A stretch of 62,062 bases of DNA, the filler included, from Hausera hauseri (taxonomy: Eukaryota): assembly GCA_046269625.1 (NCBI GenBank). It is 12 parts of 12 records of this genome, joined end to end, with 100 filler letters (N's around TTAATTAATTAA, not from the genome) between each part and the next. Parts side by side here need not be neighbours in the genome. Positions count along the whole stretch, not along the records: positions 32,071 to 36,437 come from JBJURY010614776.1; positions 36,538 to 40,490 come from JBJURY010862187.1; positions 40,591 to 45,485 come from JBJURY010400368.1; positions 45,586 to 51,536 come from JBJURY010164309.1; 8 more parts are not named here. The stretch is one strand, 5' to 3'. The position numbers and the translations under genes are program-made. Under the pieces are notes generated by a model that was given only the letters and a program-made list of their open reading frames with translations, had not been told where the DNA came from and searched no databases. Within the stretch, counting starts at the first letter, position 1, and every line of letters begins with the position of its first letter. Of the stretch, positions 33,201 through 46,010 are shown piece by piece.

Positions 33201-35199
33201 CTTCACACAGCCTGAAATGCAGTGGCGGAGCGTGGAATTTTTCAGAGGGCTAGCGCATTATATTATTTGTCCAATGTCACCACTGTCTAAACACAGATTA
33301 AGGCATTAAGGAAAGTTTTTACCCGAGGATCTAGAAGCACAAATGCCCAATGCTTTCACCAGGATTTGAAATTATTTAATTAAATTACTTAAATTAAGAA
33401 ATAGTTTACCTCTGTACTCGTCTGGTCTAAAGTTCTTGAAGAAAACAGTGACTAAGTAACACCTATGGAGACCTATGGGAACAACACTTTCCCCCTCATG
33501 ATAATTTTTAAACACAGTAAGATTACTAAGTACACACCCGTTCCTCTGAACATTGACCTGTCAGCGCTTAACGACTTGCTAACATTGAGTAGAATGCGTG
33601 CGATTAATTTTCAGAAGAAACACTACTCGGGTCTGACCGATCATCACAACAATACCCCTTCACACTTATCTTAGCATGCTAACGTTGGGGGAAAGGGGAG
33701 AGGGGAGAAAGTGCTACCATTGGGGCTAACAGCAGTGATTTTTTTCCTTTTGCATTTGAGAGCTACTGATCGTAAAATTCATTTACAAGATTGTTTAATT
33801 TCGTTTTTTTTTAACAATGTATATTATTTTCCTTTTTGTCAGCATTGCTAAATTTGTGAACATGGATGCACCGCAACTGCTGAAATGGGTACCAAGGTAA
33901 AACCTGGGAAACACACGCAGAGAGAAAGATGATGTAGTCCCTACTAACAGGCCAAAGCCAAGGAAAATGAAGGCACTAATACTTCATTCCCGTACGGCAT
34001 TCATTCATGCTTTGCGAGTGATTTTGTTTTTATTTTGTAATTTTAAGAACCGCTGGCATGTTTTCTGTCCTAGGAAAGTTATGGATGTATTTTTTATTCA
34101 CAGGCGAACGATTCAGACCTCTGCCTGGGCTGCCGAACATTATGGCATTACATAGTTCAAACAGCGTCCGGCGTTCAGCCAGGTTGATCTACATCACGTT
34201 CTATTTCTCTGGAAAGAATTAAAGAAAATCTTTATGTGTTAACTAAAATATGAAGGAAAAAACAGCAGAATCACTTCCCTTTTATTCCAGTTTCTTCTTT
34301 AAAGTCTAGTCATTCTAGAACCTTCCGGGCTGTTTGTCTCTGAATCCACGAAATGCGACCCATTATCGTTTCCTCGCCAAAATCAGACAAGTAACGATGA
34401 ATCCGCCAAACACCATTAGAAGCCATATTAGCTCAGATCGTGAACACGGACCCAGAATGCCGAACGGGTAACCAGAAATGCTTTCACCTATGATTGCGTG
34501 TGGATGAATGGACGAAGAATCAGGACAAACCAGACTTGAAGATGTTGGTGAAGACTCGAGGCGAATGGTGCTTGTTTTACAATTTGTTTTATTGGTCGCG
34601 TGATGGAAGCTGGTGCTGAGTGCTAGAGTTGGGTGGAGATTTGTTTGGGGGGTGAGTAAACAGATGAGTACTTAGCGAGGCGATGTGATGTGTGATTGGA
34701 GGAAGTGAATGTTTGTTGTTTTGAATGTGCATAAGATGATGTTTAGTTTGTACGTCTGAAATTATGCATATGCGTTGTGCCGGTGTATGTGTGAGTGTGT
34801 GTGAGTGTGTGTGTGTGAGTGTATACGCGCGTGTGTGTATGAGTGTATACGCGCGTGTGTGTATATGTGTGTGTGTGTGTTCGTGTTCCTATGCCAGGTG
34901 TTAAGACGAAACTTCAAAACTAGCACCAAGCTAAATATCGAGGCAATATTTCGTTACAGAGCATCCGCCGATGGCGATTAAACCGGGTTTGCGTTCGACT
35001 GAGTACCCGGACCCTGCTCATCCTTCGGGCTATCAAGGCTGTCCTGTTTCTAAAACATGTGAACATGTCATCTAGTAGAATAGGGACAAGGTCATGGACA
35101 ACAACTCCCCTTGGCTGAGCTCATGTGCTGTCATACATAAAGAAAACCTGAGACGTGGGGTTTTTTTTTTTGGGCACTTCAAAAATATACTTAGGTATA

Positions 35200-35700
35200 A
35201 ACGTTTGGCTTATGACTTTCTCGCGGCAATCTAGAGTGCTGCGGCACATCTAGAAAACAAAAAGATCGGTGTCTTAATAGTAAAGAGTTGTTATGCGGTG
35301 GATTCCATCTCATTGCGGAGTACCTGGAAATGAAAATGCAGACAAACTGGCAAAAGGGGGTTCGACTCAAGAGCAACCCGATACACCCATCATATATAGC
35401 CTGAAGAAAAACATTATCAAATCCATCAGAATGCCAACAACAGAACTGGAAGATTTCTGAGCCAGGACAGAACAAGTCATCGTTCTACGACCCAGAACAG
35501 GTTATAACTGACTAATCACATGTACTCAAAATTCAAGATTAGCACTTCAGCCATCTGTACGTGTTGACAGGAAACGCAAACAGCAAATCATATACTATAG
35601 GAATGTACAGACTATAAAAACACGAGGTAGACACACTGGCCTAATGAAGCAACATTAGAGACTAAACTATACGGTAGACAGTGTGAGCTACAAGCAACAG
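35200..35700 (+). mobile_element. Non-LTR retrotransposon (I-group) RNase H + C-terminal CCHC remnant
   Basis: [26 protein letters not shown], then EQVIVLRPRTG and ICTC*QETQTANHIL*EC. Confidence 0.85.
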
Positions 35701-36537
35701 TGAAGTTTGTACAAGAGGCAGCTTTACAGATAAAGTGTGTTTCAAGCGAACGAAGGAAGAAGAAGTGTTAAAAGCTGTAGATGTTTCTACTTCTGCGAGT
35801 AGGGACTCCGTGTAGTAGGCTTGATCGTCACCTCTCTGTATCTGTGCTGATGATGCAATCACCTCGTCGACAGTAAAACGTTGTTGTGAAACCTTTGACG
35901 TATCATGGTCCTCATATAAGAGTATGGGTTGCACATCCTTCTCCTTCCGTCCCTGGGCGAGATGTTGCTTATCATCACGCTTCTATTACTACGGGGACTT
36001 GTGGCAGTCCTCCCAGGGTCAGCCAGAATGTCTTCTGTTTCTAGGACTCACGACGTGGAGTACTGGGAAGTCTTGACCAATGAGTTTTGATCTTGGCCCT
36101 TATAAAGATCGCGAATCGATATCAATCTTGGCGATACAGAGACAGACTTAAACCACGTCACTCAAAGATGCAATGTGAAATCAAATAAATGAGAAGGAAA
36201 ATAAAAAATCAAGAGGCAGTGAAAAGGACAACTTAAAATGAAACACGAAAGGATAAAATGAAGAGAATTTGGACAGAATAAAATGAAATTAGGAACAGAT
36301 TTTCCTCGGTGCTGGATCTCCTTCAGACCCAAGACAAAGTTCAAATATTAAACTTTTATTGTTTAAAGGAAGAAACAGAACAGACAAACTGTAATAAGGG
36401 CCTTACTTAGAGAGCAGCAGTAATGTTCATTTTAACTNNNNNNNNNNNNNNNNNNNNNNNNNNNNNNNNNNNNNNNNNNNNTTAATTAATTAANNNNNNN
36501 NNNNNNNNNNNNNNNNNNNNNNNNNNNNNNNNNNNNN

Positions 36538-37828
36538 TAATATAAGAAAACAGAATTAAAAATATACCATTTGTCGCACAAATTGTTGAAACAGCGCCTT
36601 GCTATTAGCACACGTTTTTCATACCCAACCATCAAAATTTACACAAAATTTTTAGCACAAACCGACCAATCAGATTGCACCAAAATTAAGTGGGGTGGGA
36701 ATAGTGAAACCACAAACAGATCAGAAAATGCTTTGTTCAAAACCAAAATTTCTGACCAATCAGATTACACCAAAATTAAAACAAAAAAAATTTTACCGCA
36801 AATTTAAACCAAAAAAATTTTTGGCGGGAAATTGAAATTTTTACACCTACCTAAAATCCATGCAGTATATGTGCTTGTGTGTATCCACTTTGTGACTGTG
36901 TGCCTCCTATGTCCGCCCTATTAACCGTGCGTGTGTGTATCGTTTTTTCTACTCCATGACTCATCCGCTAACTACTTCTTTTCTCCTTCCCTGTGTGGGG
37001 GGTATTGGCGCAGTGTGCTCCTTTCCATCTACTTACGGCCGAAATCCTATGCATTGCAAACCCAAAGCAAACTAGTCCTCAAGTGCAAAGGCATAAATCT
37101 CAAACAAACAGACTGGCAGTTCAGTAACTACCTACAGGCTTATGAAACTGGTTGCAGAACCATGGTGGACCAGGAGCGAATAGGCAGTAAAAACCGCAAA
37201 CTTATAACAATCAGCTCAAAAAAGAAAGCACTGGATCCGTCTGATGACAAACGCCACTGGATTGACAGAAACAAAAGTGTTGCATATGGACATTACTGTA
37301 TAAATATGTGAACATTTTTTTCGTACATATTTTTTTGTATATGTTATCAATAAAAGTTTTAAATCTCTCTTATATTTTATTACTTAGCCTTATAATAAAT
37401 ATGTACACTTTTTAATAATAGTAATTTATGTCAACTTTGAGAACTTAAAACAAAGTTGGGGAAGTCATAATGAGGCCTTAAATGCATTGTTCTAGGGGGT
37501 GGGAATAGTAAAACCATGATCAGATCAGACACAGCGTGCTTTATTTTGGAGGTGAAAATAGTGAAACCATGTCTGCGCCAGTAGAAAGTGCAAAATTGGC
37601 TCACTTTGTGCTGTAGCACAACAGGGAAAAGTCCTATGAAGTTGATTCATACACCATTCAACGCCGAATTAAATTCTGCACAAGATAGACATATGAAAAA
37701 GATTTTAGTTGGTAAGGGAAAAAAAATTTGCTTGATAACATAAAAATTTTCCCACGGTCCAGAAAATTTTCCCACGCTCAATGCTTTCTTCCCTCGGGGG
37801 GGGAGGCATGCGCTCCAATCTAACTACT
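36538..37828 (+). mobile_element. Internally deleted Polinton end: promoter-like region, pPolB C-terminus, poly(A) signal, TIR ending ACTACT
   Basis: YLRPKSY...KCKGI...KKALDPSDDKRHW..SVAYGHY (to 37311). AATAAA at ~37349. The terminus is shared with 26003-26108. Confidence 0.88.
36660..36840 (+). promoter_or_regulatory. Putative cell-cycle promoter: 2x CCAAT, E2F-like TTTGGCGGGAA, adjacent CHR-like TTGAAA
   Basis: GACCAATCAGATT twice (CCAAT at 36666 and 36756). TTTGGCGGGAAATTGAAA at 36820-36837, upstream of an ATG at 36860. Confidence 0.5.
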
Positions 37829-38449
37829 ATCGGGCTCACATAATAAGTCCAAATAAGTCGCAGCAATCCACAGGTTACTGAACAGTTAAATAAAGCTTAT
37901 GTCTTGAGGTTGAGACCCCAACCATTTCTCGATCCCTAAAACTTAACATATGTAATACCTAAAAGTTCCTGTACATATGATTCCCCAATATGTACCTTTT
38001 GTTTACGGCGCTTCTCGCATATATTGTTCCCAATATAAATTTCCTGTGAATTTAAAATTTATTCAAGTTTAATTTTTTACAAAATCTTCAAATCAGATTC
38101 AATGGGGATTTTAACCCCCTAAACCTCGCCACTGTTTCTGATAGATAACAATAAATAATAATAAACTTAAATAATAATGGTCTATAAACGTCCATAAACT
38201 GCAGAAGTACAAACTACTCAAAACTGCATCAGATTCTTCTTTTTATACGTCAAAGTCAAAGTAATATCGGATAACATATTGTCATAAACTAAATAAAAAT
38301 GGTCAAAAAACAAAGTTTCAAAGTATATTTTTTGACTTTACTCCTGTCTAAGAAAAGTGTATTCATTTTTAAATTAGATACAGTCAAAATATTCACATTT
38401 AAAAGATTATACAATTTGCAAATATGTCGAAACATTATATTCAAAAGAA

Positions 38450-39577
38450 CTATGAACTTTTCCGGGCATTTTTCGATGCAATTTCTTTCTTTATTTTTTG
38501 TGAAAATATTTTGATTAGTCTTGTATCCCAAGATTCTTCACTTTCATCACAAATATCTGAGTTTTCTGTGCTATCGTCGTCTGAATACCATGACTCGACG
38601 CGATGGACGGTTTTCACTTTTTTACTGCCTGTTTCCAATCCCAATAGCTTTTTCAGCGTAAACATGTGAGACAATGCTTGAAATCCTTCTTCTTTTTGTT
38701 CGGAAGAAGTCATCGATGGTATTATTTGTAATGTTGTGTCAAATCGCATAATTCCATCAACATGTCCGAAATGTGAGTATTCATCATTTGCATCCATACC
38801 TTTTGTGATTTCCGTTCCAGAGTGGCTACGCATTCTCGTATGTCCAGTATTTTCAATTAGCTTTCGAGAATAAGACAAAGCTAATTTTGTCTCGCGTGTA
38901 TCGCCGAAACTGGAACCAAAAGAAATGGATAAACTCTCATCGGATGTATCTCGAGTAACAAGTGACGTTTTACCATGGACAAGGTTATTTAATTTTGAGT
39001 CACTAAGAATGACATTTAAACTTTGCATTCGTTTTCGTTGAGAAAGATTTGAATTTGGATCTAAAATATCGATAACTTGAGTTTTTATTTTATCAACTTC
39101 TGCATTATGTTTAATACTAAATATCGAAACCAATGTTCGCAATGTTTTTGTTTTAGACATATCTGATTGAGAGTATCTACGTTCACTATCATCATCGTCG
39201 TGGTCATCTTCATGTTTTAAACTGGGGTCACTCAAAGTTGCTTGTTCTTCCAGAATTTTTAAATCATTAACATTTGCAAAAGTTACCTTGTGTTGTGAAA
39301 TTTTACTATGTTTTTGGGAATACCTATTTGGTCTTTTGTCACAATAACACCGTTTCGTTTGAAAATTATACATTCTTGAGTTTGTTGACGTTTTTGACTT
39401 TCTTTTATATGCCATCAGAGGTTGGAATAAATACTCCTTTCCATTGGATCGATATGAAAAATCTTTTCGGATTTCGGATAAAATTTTCCTATTGACATAA
39501 TGAGATTTAAAATGTGCAGTTAACATTATATCATTGGCAATTATCAGTTCCTTGATGTTTGTTAAACAGTAAGCCAC
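38450..39577 (-). CDS. Hypothetical host protein (375-aa open frame, Ser/Lys/Asp-rich)
   Basis: A long open frame in very AT-rich DNA. No motif recognised; true ends uncertain. Confidence 0.55.
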   Translation of the reverse strand: MAYCLTNIKELIIANDIMLTAHFKSHYVNRKILSEIRKDFSYRSNGKEYLFQPLMAYKRKSKTSTNSRMYNFQTKRCYCDKRPNRYSQKHSKISQHKVTFANVNDLKILEEQATLSDPSLKHEDDHDDDDSERRYSQSDMSKTKTLRTLVSIFSIKHNAEVDKIKTQVIDILDPNSNLSQRKRMQSLNVILSDSKLNNLVHGKTSLVTRDTSDESLSISFGSSFGDTRETKLALSYSRKLIENTGHTRMRSHSGTEITKGMDANDEYSHFGHVDGIMRFDTTLQIIPSMTSSEQKEEGFQALSHMFTLKKLLGLETGSKKVKTVHRVESWYSDDDSTENSDICDESEESWDTRLIKIFSQKIKKEIASKNARKSS

Positions 39578-39622
39578 TACAATGTCTATGAGAAATTTTA
39601 CACTTTAATCCGGAATCGGTTA

Positions 39623-40464
39623 TCACAAATTTGTGTTCATAAATGTGATATAAAATCTACTATACTTTTTAAACTTTATATCATATTGAACTGGAGAAAT
39701 TGGTGGTAAAATGTCTTCGGTTTTGACTGCAAGAGCACCAGTTGGTTCTGGTTGATTATCGATGAAATTCAAACTTTCGGATGACGACAATAACTGAGTA
39801 ATATTTTCTTTCGGATTGACGAGTGGGTGATTGTATGTTATGTGACGATTCAAATGATCTTTTCTATAATATTCTTTACCGCAAACTGCACATTTGTACG
39901 GTTTGAATCCGACATGTCTCAACGCATGCCGTTGTAAATTCGATCGTTGCGTAAAACTCGTCTCGAAAATATGACATTTATACCCACCATGTTCCTTTTG
40001 CGTATGCTCGGATAATGTTGCTAAACACGTAAACACTGGTTGACATTGGTTGCATTTGAACAAACGATATTTCTTCAATTTCGTCGGACTCGGTCGTCGT
40101 CGATGTTTGTCCTCCATGAACTGTTGACGAATATATTCGTAAATGGTATTGATTGGACTTTATTAATATTGCCCGTCAATAATTGATTTGCAGCAAACAT
40201 TGCCTGGATCATTTGAGGCATAAAATGGGGAACTGTAGCAATGGGAAATGGTGGTAAAGTTTTATAAATTCGGTGAATGTTGTTCGCGTTTACGATTAGC
40301 AATTTCACCGTCTTTCATCGACATATTTGACGATTCGTCTTGATCAGATAGTTAAGATTTGACCGGGGGATTCAAACTGACACTGCTACATGATAGCGGT
40401 TGTACAAGGTATCTAATGAAATCTTTTTTTGAATAACGGCAAGTTTGGATCGGGTTTTATCCAT
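39623..40464 (-). pseudogene. Three-finger C2H2 transcription factor resembling flatworm zfp-1 family; frameshifted
   Basis: CNQC..H..EH, CHIF..FTQRSNLQRHALRHVGFKPY and CAVCGKEYYRKDHLNRHITYNH. Finger 2 has C->F and the upstream frame is broken. The zfp-1 resemblance is from memory. Confidence 0.8.
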
Positions 40465-40590
40465 CTTTGGAGTTGAAGGTAGTAATAAAANNNNNNNNNN
40501 NNNNNNNNNNNNNNNNNNNNNNNNNNNNNNNNNNTTAATTAATTAANNNNNNNNNNNNNNNNNNNNNNNNNNNNNNNNNNNNNNNNNNNN

Positions 40591-43500
40591 TAGAAATTTT
40601 TATTACGGCAACAAATACGATATTGCCAACTGCGTGGCACCTATTACTGATACTTACAGCTGCCAACACCATTTTCAACACGAACAACACCACGTCACAA
40701 CACCTCGTCTACAGCTCATACCTCACCTGAATCCAGTCATGATCCATCGACACCACCTGAAAACTTTTCATCGTTGCCCTCTGACTTACAGCAATATATC
40801 TCGTCTTCCTGCACACGTCTGTTGCAAAAGGATAAATCATTTGTACCACCTAAATCCACCTTCTATCACATAGTAACAGCATGTCAAATACCAATACGTC
40901 AAGAGGTCCGCCCGCTATCGCCTCGCCGCAGACAGGCAGTGGAGGCTGAGTTTCTCGAATTGGAAAAATCAGAAATAATCAGAAGATCCAAATCCCCTTG
41001 GTCTTCACCACTACATGTTGTTCCAGAAAAAGATGGTACCTTTTGCCCATGCGGTGATTACCGCCAAATCAACATCATAACAACAATGGATGCCTACCCT
41101 CTACCATTAATCAACAATATCCTTCACAGGCTACATGGTTCGACCATTTTTCCTGCATTGATTTACATAAAGCATACCACCAAATTCCGGTGGCCCCAGC
41201 AGACATTCCAAAAACGGCTGTCATTACACCTTTCAGCCTTTTTTTAATACCTTTTCATGCCTTTTTGACTCCGTAGCACTTCCCAGACCTTCCAAAAGCA
41301 TATTGATGCAGTTCTCTCAGGTTTAGATTTGGCTTATCCCTATATCGATGATATCCTAATTGCATCATCTTCCTCGAAACAACACTCCGAGCATTTACGT
41401 TTAATCCTCCAGCGCTTGCGCCAAAACAACTTGCAAATTAATTTCTCCAAATGCTCTTTTTTCAACATAAGGTCAACTTCCAGGTACATGTTGTTAGCTC
41501 CTCCGGATTTTCACCTCAGCTATAGCGCATCAAAGAGCTCAAAAACATACAGCTACCACGTACATCAACAGAGATGCGTTCTTTCCTCGGAACCTTGTAC
41601 TTTATTCATAAGTATATTCCACACTACTCCACCCTAACCGCTCCATTTGCATCACTAAGCTCTGAAAAGAAAAAACAACCTATTCAATGGACCGCCAAGC
41701 TAGTCAACGCTTTCGATCACCTCAAAAAGTAATCTAGAACCGTGGAAATCCTGGCCTATCTCGACTCCCATGCAGAACTTTTTTTAACCACGGACGCATC
41801 CACAAGAGCTGCAAGGGCCGTCCTCCATCAAGTTAAAAATGGATCTCATGAGCAATTAGAATTATTTTCTCGAAAATTCAAGGAACAAAAGCAAGGATAT
41901 TCCACCTTTGACAGAGAGTTGCTTGCAAAGGTCCTTGACGTGAAACACTTTAAGCATCTGCTAACCGCACGAACCTTTACAATACAAAAGGACCACAAGC
42001 CATTGCTTTAAATTCTCACAATGAAATCGTCTTCTCCACATTAGGAGAGGCAAATATCGTATTTGTCCACATTTAATTTTGAAATTAAGCACCTAAACGG
42101 AGTTTACAATTTAGCAGCTGACTTTTGTCCCGATCAGTCAGCTCGATTGATTTTACACTAATTTTCCCTCAGTCTAGACTTCAACACAACCAGCCACCTC
42201 CTGACATCTTTAAATCATTTAAATCTTGCAAAACCATCGACGGTATGGCCCTTGACACCTCCAAACCTAATAATCCTAAAGTCATTCTTTTTGAATCGCT
42301 TCGAAAAGAAGCATTTAATAGCATCCATTCGTTGCACCATCTTGATGTTAAGGCCACTTTTTGTCTCTTACAACGCCAAGTAGTATGTCTGTCGATGCGC
42401 TCTGACGTGCAAGCATGGGTTAGGCAGTGTGTGGCATGCCAAAAATCCAAAGTCACTAAGCACTTAAAGCCACCACTATATCATTTTTCCTGTACTTCTC
42501 GTTTTAGATCTGTTCACATTGAACTTGTAGTCCCACTATCTTTAGACAACGGCCATCAGTTCATCCTCACAATGATGGACCGTTCCTCGCGATGGCCAGA
42601 GGCTGTCCTGCATTGGAGCACCAACACAGAAACAATCGCAGACGTTGTCATCCGCACTTGGATCAGCAGGTTTGGATTACATCGCCACATAATTTCGAAC
42701 CAAGGCCCACAGTTCAAATCCAACTTGTTTAAAGCTCTTTTTAATCGACTGGGAATTAACCACATTCACACGTCACCATATCATCCTCAATCGAATGACC
42801 TTCTCGAACGCTTTTACCAAAAGATGAAAACGTCTCTCAAAATTCTTGTTGAGTCCAGTCGCAGTTGGACTACGCCCCTTTCGTACGTTTTGCTTGGCTG
42901 GAGGAACACGCTATCTACTTCAACAGTCTATTCTCCTGCAGAAGTATTATTTGGTACTTCTATCAGACCATTGTTTAAGATGGCTGAGCTGGACAATATT
43001 CCTACAGACAAATAATACAAGCTGCCCAGATACACTTTATTGAGATCAGCAAAGACTCATTTTGTATACTGTTACACGGAAATAAACCCTACATACCCGA
43101 CGATTTATATACCGCCAAGTTTGTATGACTAAAGAATCGGACGCCGTGTGGTTTTCAACCTCAGTATGTTGGCTCTTACAAAGTAATTTGTTTACACTCT
43201 CACAACATCATCATTCTCAAGAAAGATAAAGAAGTAACAGTCCACATAAAAAACGATGCGGCTCCCATCGAAACTACTTCTCCACCAACATATTTACACG
43301 ATGCGCAGCAATCAAAAAATTCACCCCCCCCCATGTCTGTTCAATTCTTAATCCAATTATCTATACGTTTTCTTCAAAAACTTCTACTTCAATTTATTTT
43401 CATAGTTCACCCCCTTTTTCTCCATCCGATTTTGCACCTTCAAGCCTTCTAACACCTTCTTCATCCCCTGGTGACAACCTGCTTTCTCCTTTTACAAAAC

Positions 43501-44262
43501 CTCCGTCAAACACACTTCAACTTCATCAANNNNNNNNNNTCTCCCGATCCACCCATTTCACCATTCCAGCCTCTTGCATACCACCTTCCAACTACTTTCC
43601 TTCGCCTTCTCCATCGTCTTGCTCTCTTCCATTTTTTCCCTCTTCACAGTCATCTCACTCTTTCTCCCTTTTTCTTCGACACCTTCCTCATCCTCGGCAC
43701 TATCTTTCTCCCTCTCTCCTCACACATCATCTCTTACCCCCTTCATTTTCGCTTCGCAACTTCCTCCTCTCTGTACTTCTATCATTATCTCTCCTCCTAT
43801 CTCTATTACTACTTCTGTTTTATCTTCTACTTCTACTTTTTCACCTAATACAGTTTCAATTTCTACGCCACTTTTTGTTTCTCTTCCTTCCTCCGCCACT
43901 ACATCTCTTTTCAGTCCTTTGTCTTCCAACCCTCTCTTGAACACCTTCAACCGTCTGTCACAAACAACCTCTCTTCCTTCTTCACCTTCTTCTTCTATTT
44001 ATTCTGACTCATCTTCGCACGACACAACACTCAAAACAAAATTTGACAATTTTTTTCCTAACTTCAAACTCTGCAAGCAAACACATCGCATAAAGATAAC
44101 ACACGCAAAGTCACATTTAGCCAGTATAGCAGGGAAAATCAGTATAAGGCACCCAACGTCTTGTTCACACTAAGACCAACTGACACAGACACTTTGCGTT
44201 TAGCGATTTTTCTTACCGTCTATTTTACTATTCATAGTTTTCACTTTGCCACGGAGGGGTGA
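40591..44262 (+). mobile_element. Ty3/gypsy family B, 3' part: RT-RH-IN, Ser-rich low-complexity tail, polypurine tract
   Basis: SPWSSPLHVV, PCGDYRQIN, YIDD, TTDAS, YSTFDRELLA, ISNQGPQF and YHPQSN. PPT GGAGGGGTGA at 44253-44262. Confidence 0.94.
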
Positions 44263-44600
44263 TATAGTGCCTACGGCGGCCGGTGCCCTCTGGCCCATTT
44301 TGGTTGGACACGGCCGGGCGTCAGTTGCCGCTGCATCGGGCTCGATCTTGCAACTTTTCGCTCCAAAAATCAAAATCAAAAAGATGTTCCCGATTACCAT
44401 CCATTATTTATTACGTCCGCGCAACGACCAGCGTGTCAAGAAATAATACTTCGCGCTCTATCCAATATTGCGACACGATAAACGCTCATATTTGCGAACC
44501 AAATTAAATACCAATGTTAACAGTTTTTCAGTTCTAAATACGCCAAATGCCCAAAAAGCCGTTCCTTTGGTAGCAGTGAAGAAGTTCTGAACGATTTTAA
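44263..44600 (+). mobile_element. Probable 3' LTR (right end not defined)
   Basis: Begins TATAGTG (variant of TGTAGTG) immediately after the PPT, with a GC-rich start. Confidence 0.55.
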
Positions 44601-45585
44601 AATAGTTTTACTATCGAAACCGTTTTTCAATTCGAATACTCCGCCTGTTTTTTTCTATAGAATTATACGCAAGTCGGCCACCAACAAGTATGTGAAAGAC
44701 TGCGTCAGTTAGTCAGCAATAGATCGGCGCAAAACAGTATGAAAGCTTCCGTACAAAGCCAACAAGGTAGCTCTTCAAACTTTGTCTATTTGGTATCCCA
44801 GAACAAATTCGGTATGGCGAAAAGCCCATCCAAAGATCCTCCGAATTATTTAATGGGTACCCAACCAGAATCAAATCGTCACCGGTACTTCCAAAAAAAT
44901 AAATCAATTCGAATGTCCTCAAAGATTCATTAGCTAGCGACGTGCTTGAACTGGAAGAGTTTGTAACTGATAAGTCTGGCCTACAATTGATAAAACCCAA
45001 TAAAAATTCAAATCCTACCGCGGCATCTACCAATCTCAGCACCCTGTTCCCAAATCCAAAACAACCTCATCATCACCATACATCTCACCATCGTCATATT
45101 TTCAGCACCATCACCATCACGTAAACAATCCGAATTCCTTGCCAAATGTAGATATTGGCTCGCCTATGTCGAGAGAAAATACAGCACAACAGGACTATTA
45201 GAAAGACTTTTGTCCAAATAATTGGCATTATTTTCTGTGATGTCTCATATCATAAACACGATGATGTCCTTATTGTAATTGTTCGATTGTCCAGATTGAT
45301 ATTTTAGTGCCGCTGACGTGATAAAATGTCTTAATATGTTATTATTCACATTTTGATTTCACCTTTGTTCATACACAACATGTCAAATCGGTATTCTATT
45401 GAATTTATGTGAATTTATTATTGTGTAAACATTCAATCTTTATTATTCTCACATTCCTGCCCTTTTTTATTTCCTTATCTTTTCANNNNNNNNNNNNNNN
45501 NNNNNNNNNNNNNNNNNNNNNNNNNNNNNTTAATTAATTAANNNNNNNNNNNNNNNNNNNNNNNNNNNNNNNNNNNNNNNNNNNN

Positions 45586-46010
45586 ATAATTAGTCAAAAA
45601 TTATATAGATATTTATTAGGTAGACAAAACAGTCAAAATATTACATTTATTAGGTGGACAAATCAAGACAATTATTAGGTGGACAAAACATAATTAGTCA
45701 ATTATTTATTAGGTGGACAAAACATAATTAGTCACTTATTTATTAGGTGGACAAAACATAATTAGTCAATTATTTACTAGATGGACAAAACATGAAGAAA
45801 ACACAAATATTAGATGGATATAGATGGACAAAATGCAATTAGCTAAATATTAGATGGGTACTTATTAGGTGGACAAAACACAATTAGTCAAATGTTATAT
45901 AGATATTTATTTGATAGACAAAACCGAATTAGCTAAATATTAGATAGATGGACAAAACACAATTAGATGGATATTTAATAGATGGACAAAACTTCAAGAA
46001 AACACAAATA
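45586..46010. repeat. ~35-bp degenerate minisatellite (TATTAGGTGGACAAAACATAATTAGTCA); inverted remnant at ~51420-51480
   Basis: Visible tandem copies. Confidence 0.85.

Noticed and set aside
44600-45130. Coding-looking fragments after the LTR
   Set aside because: Broken frames with no recognisable motif; cannot support a call.
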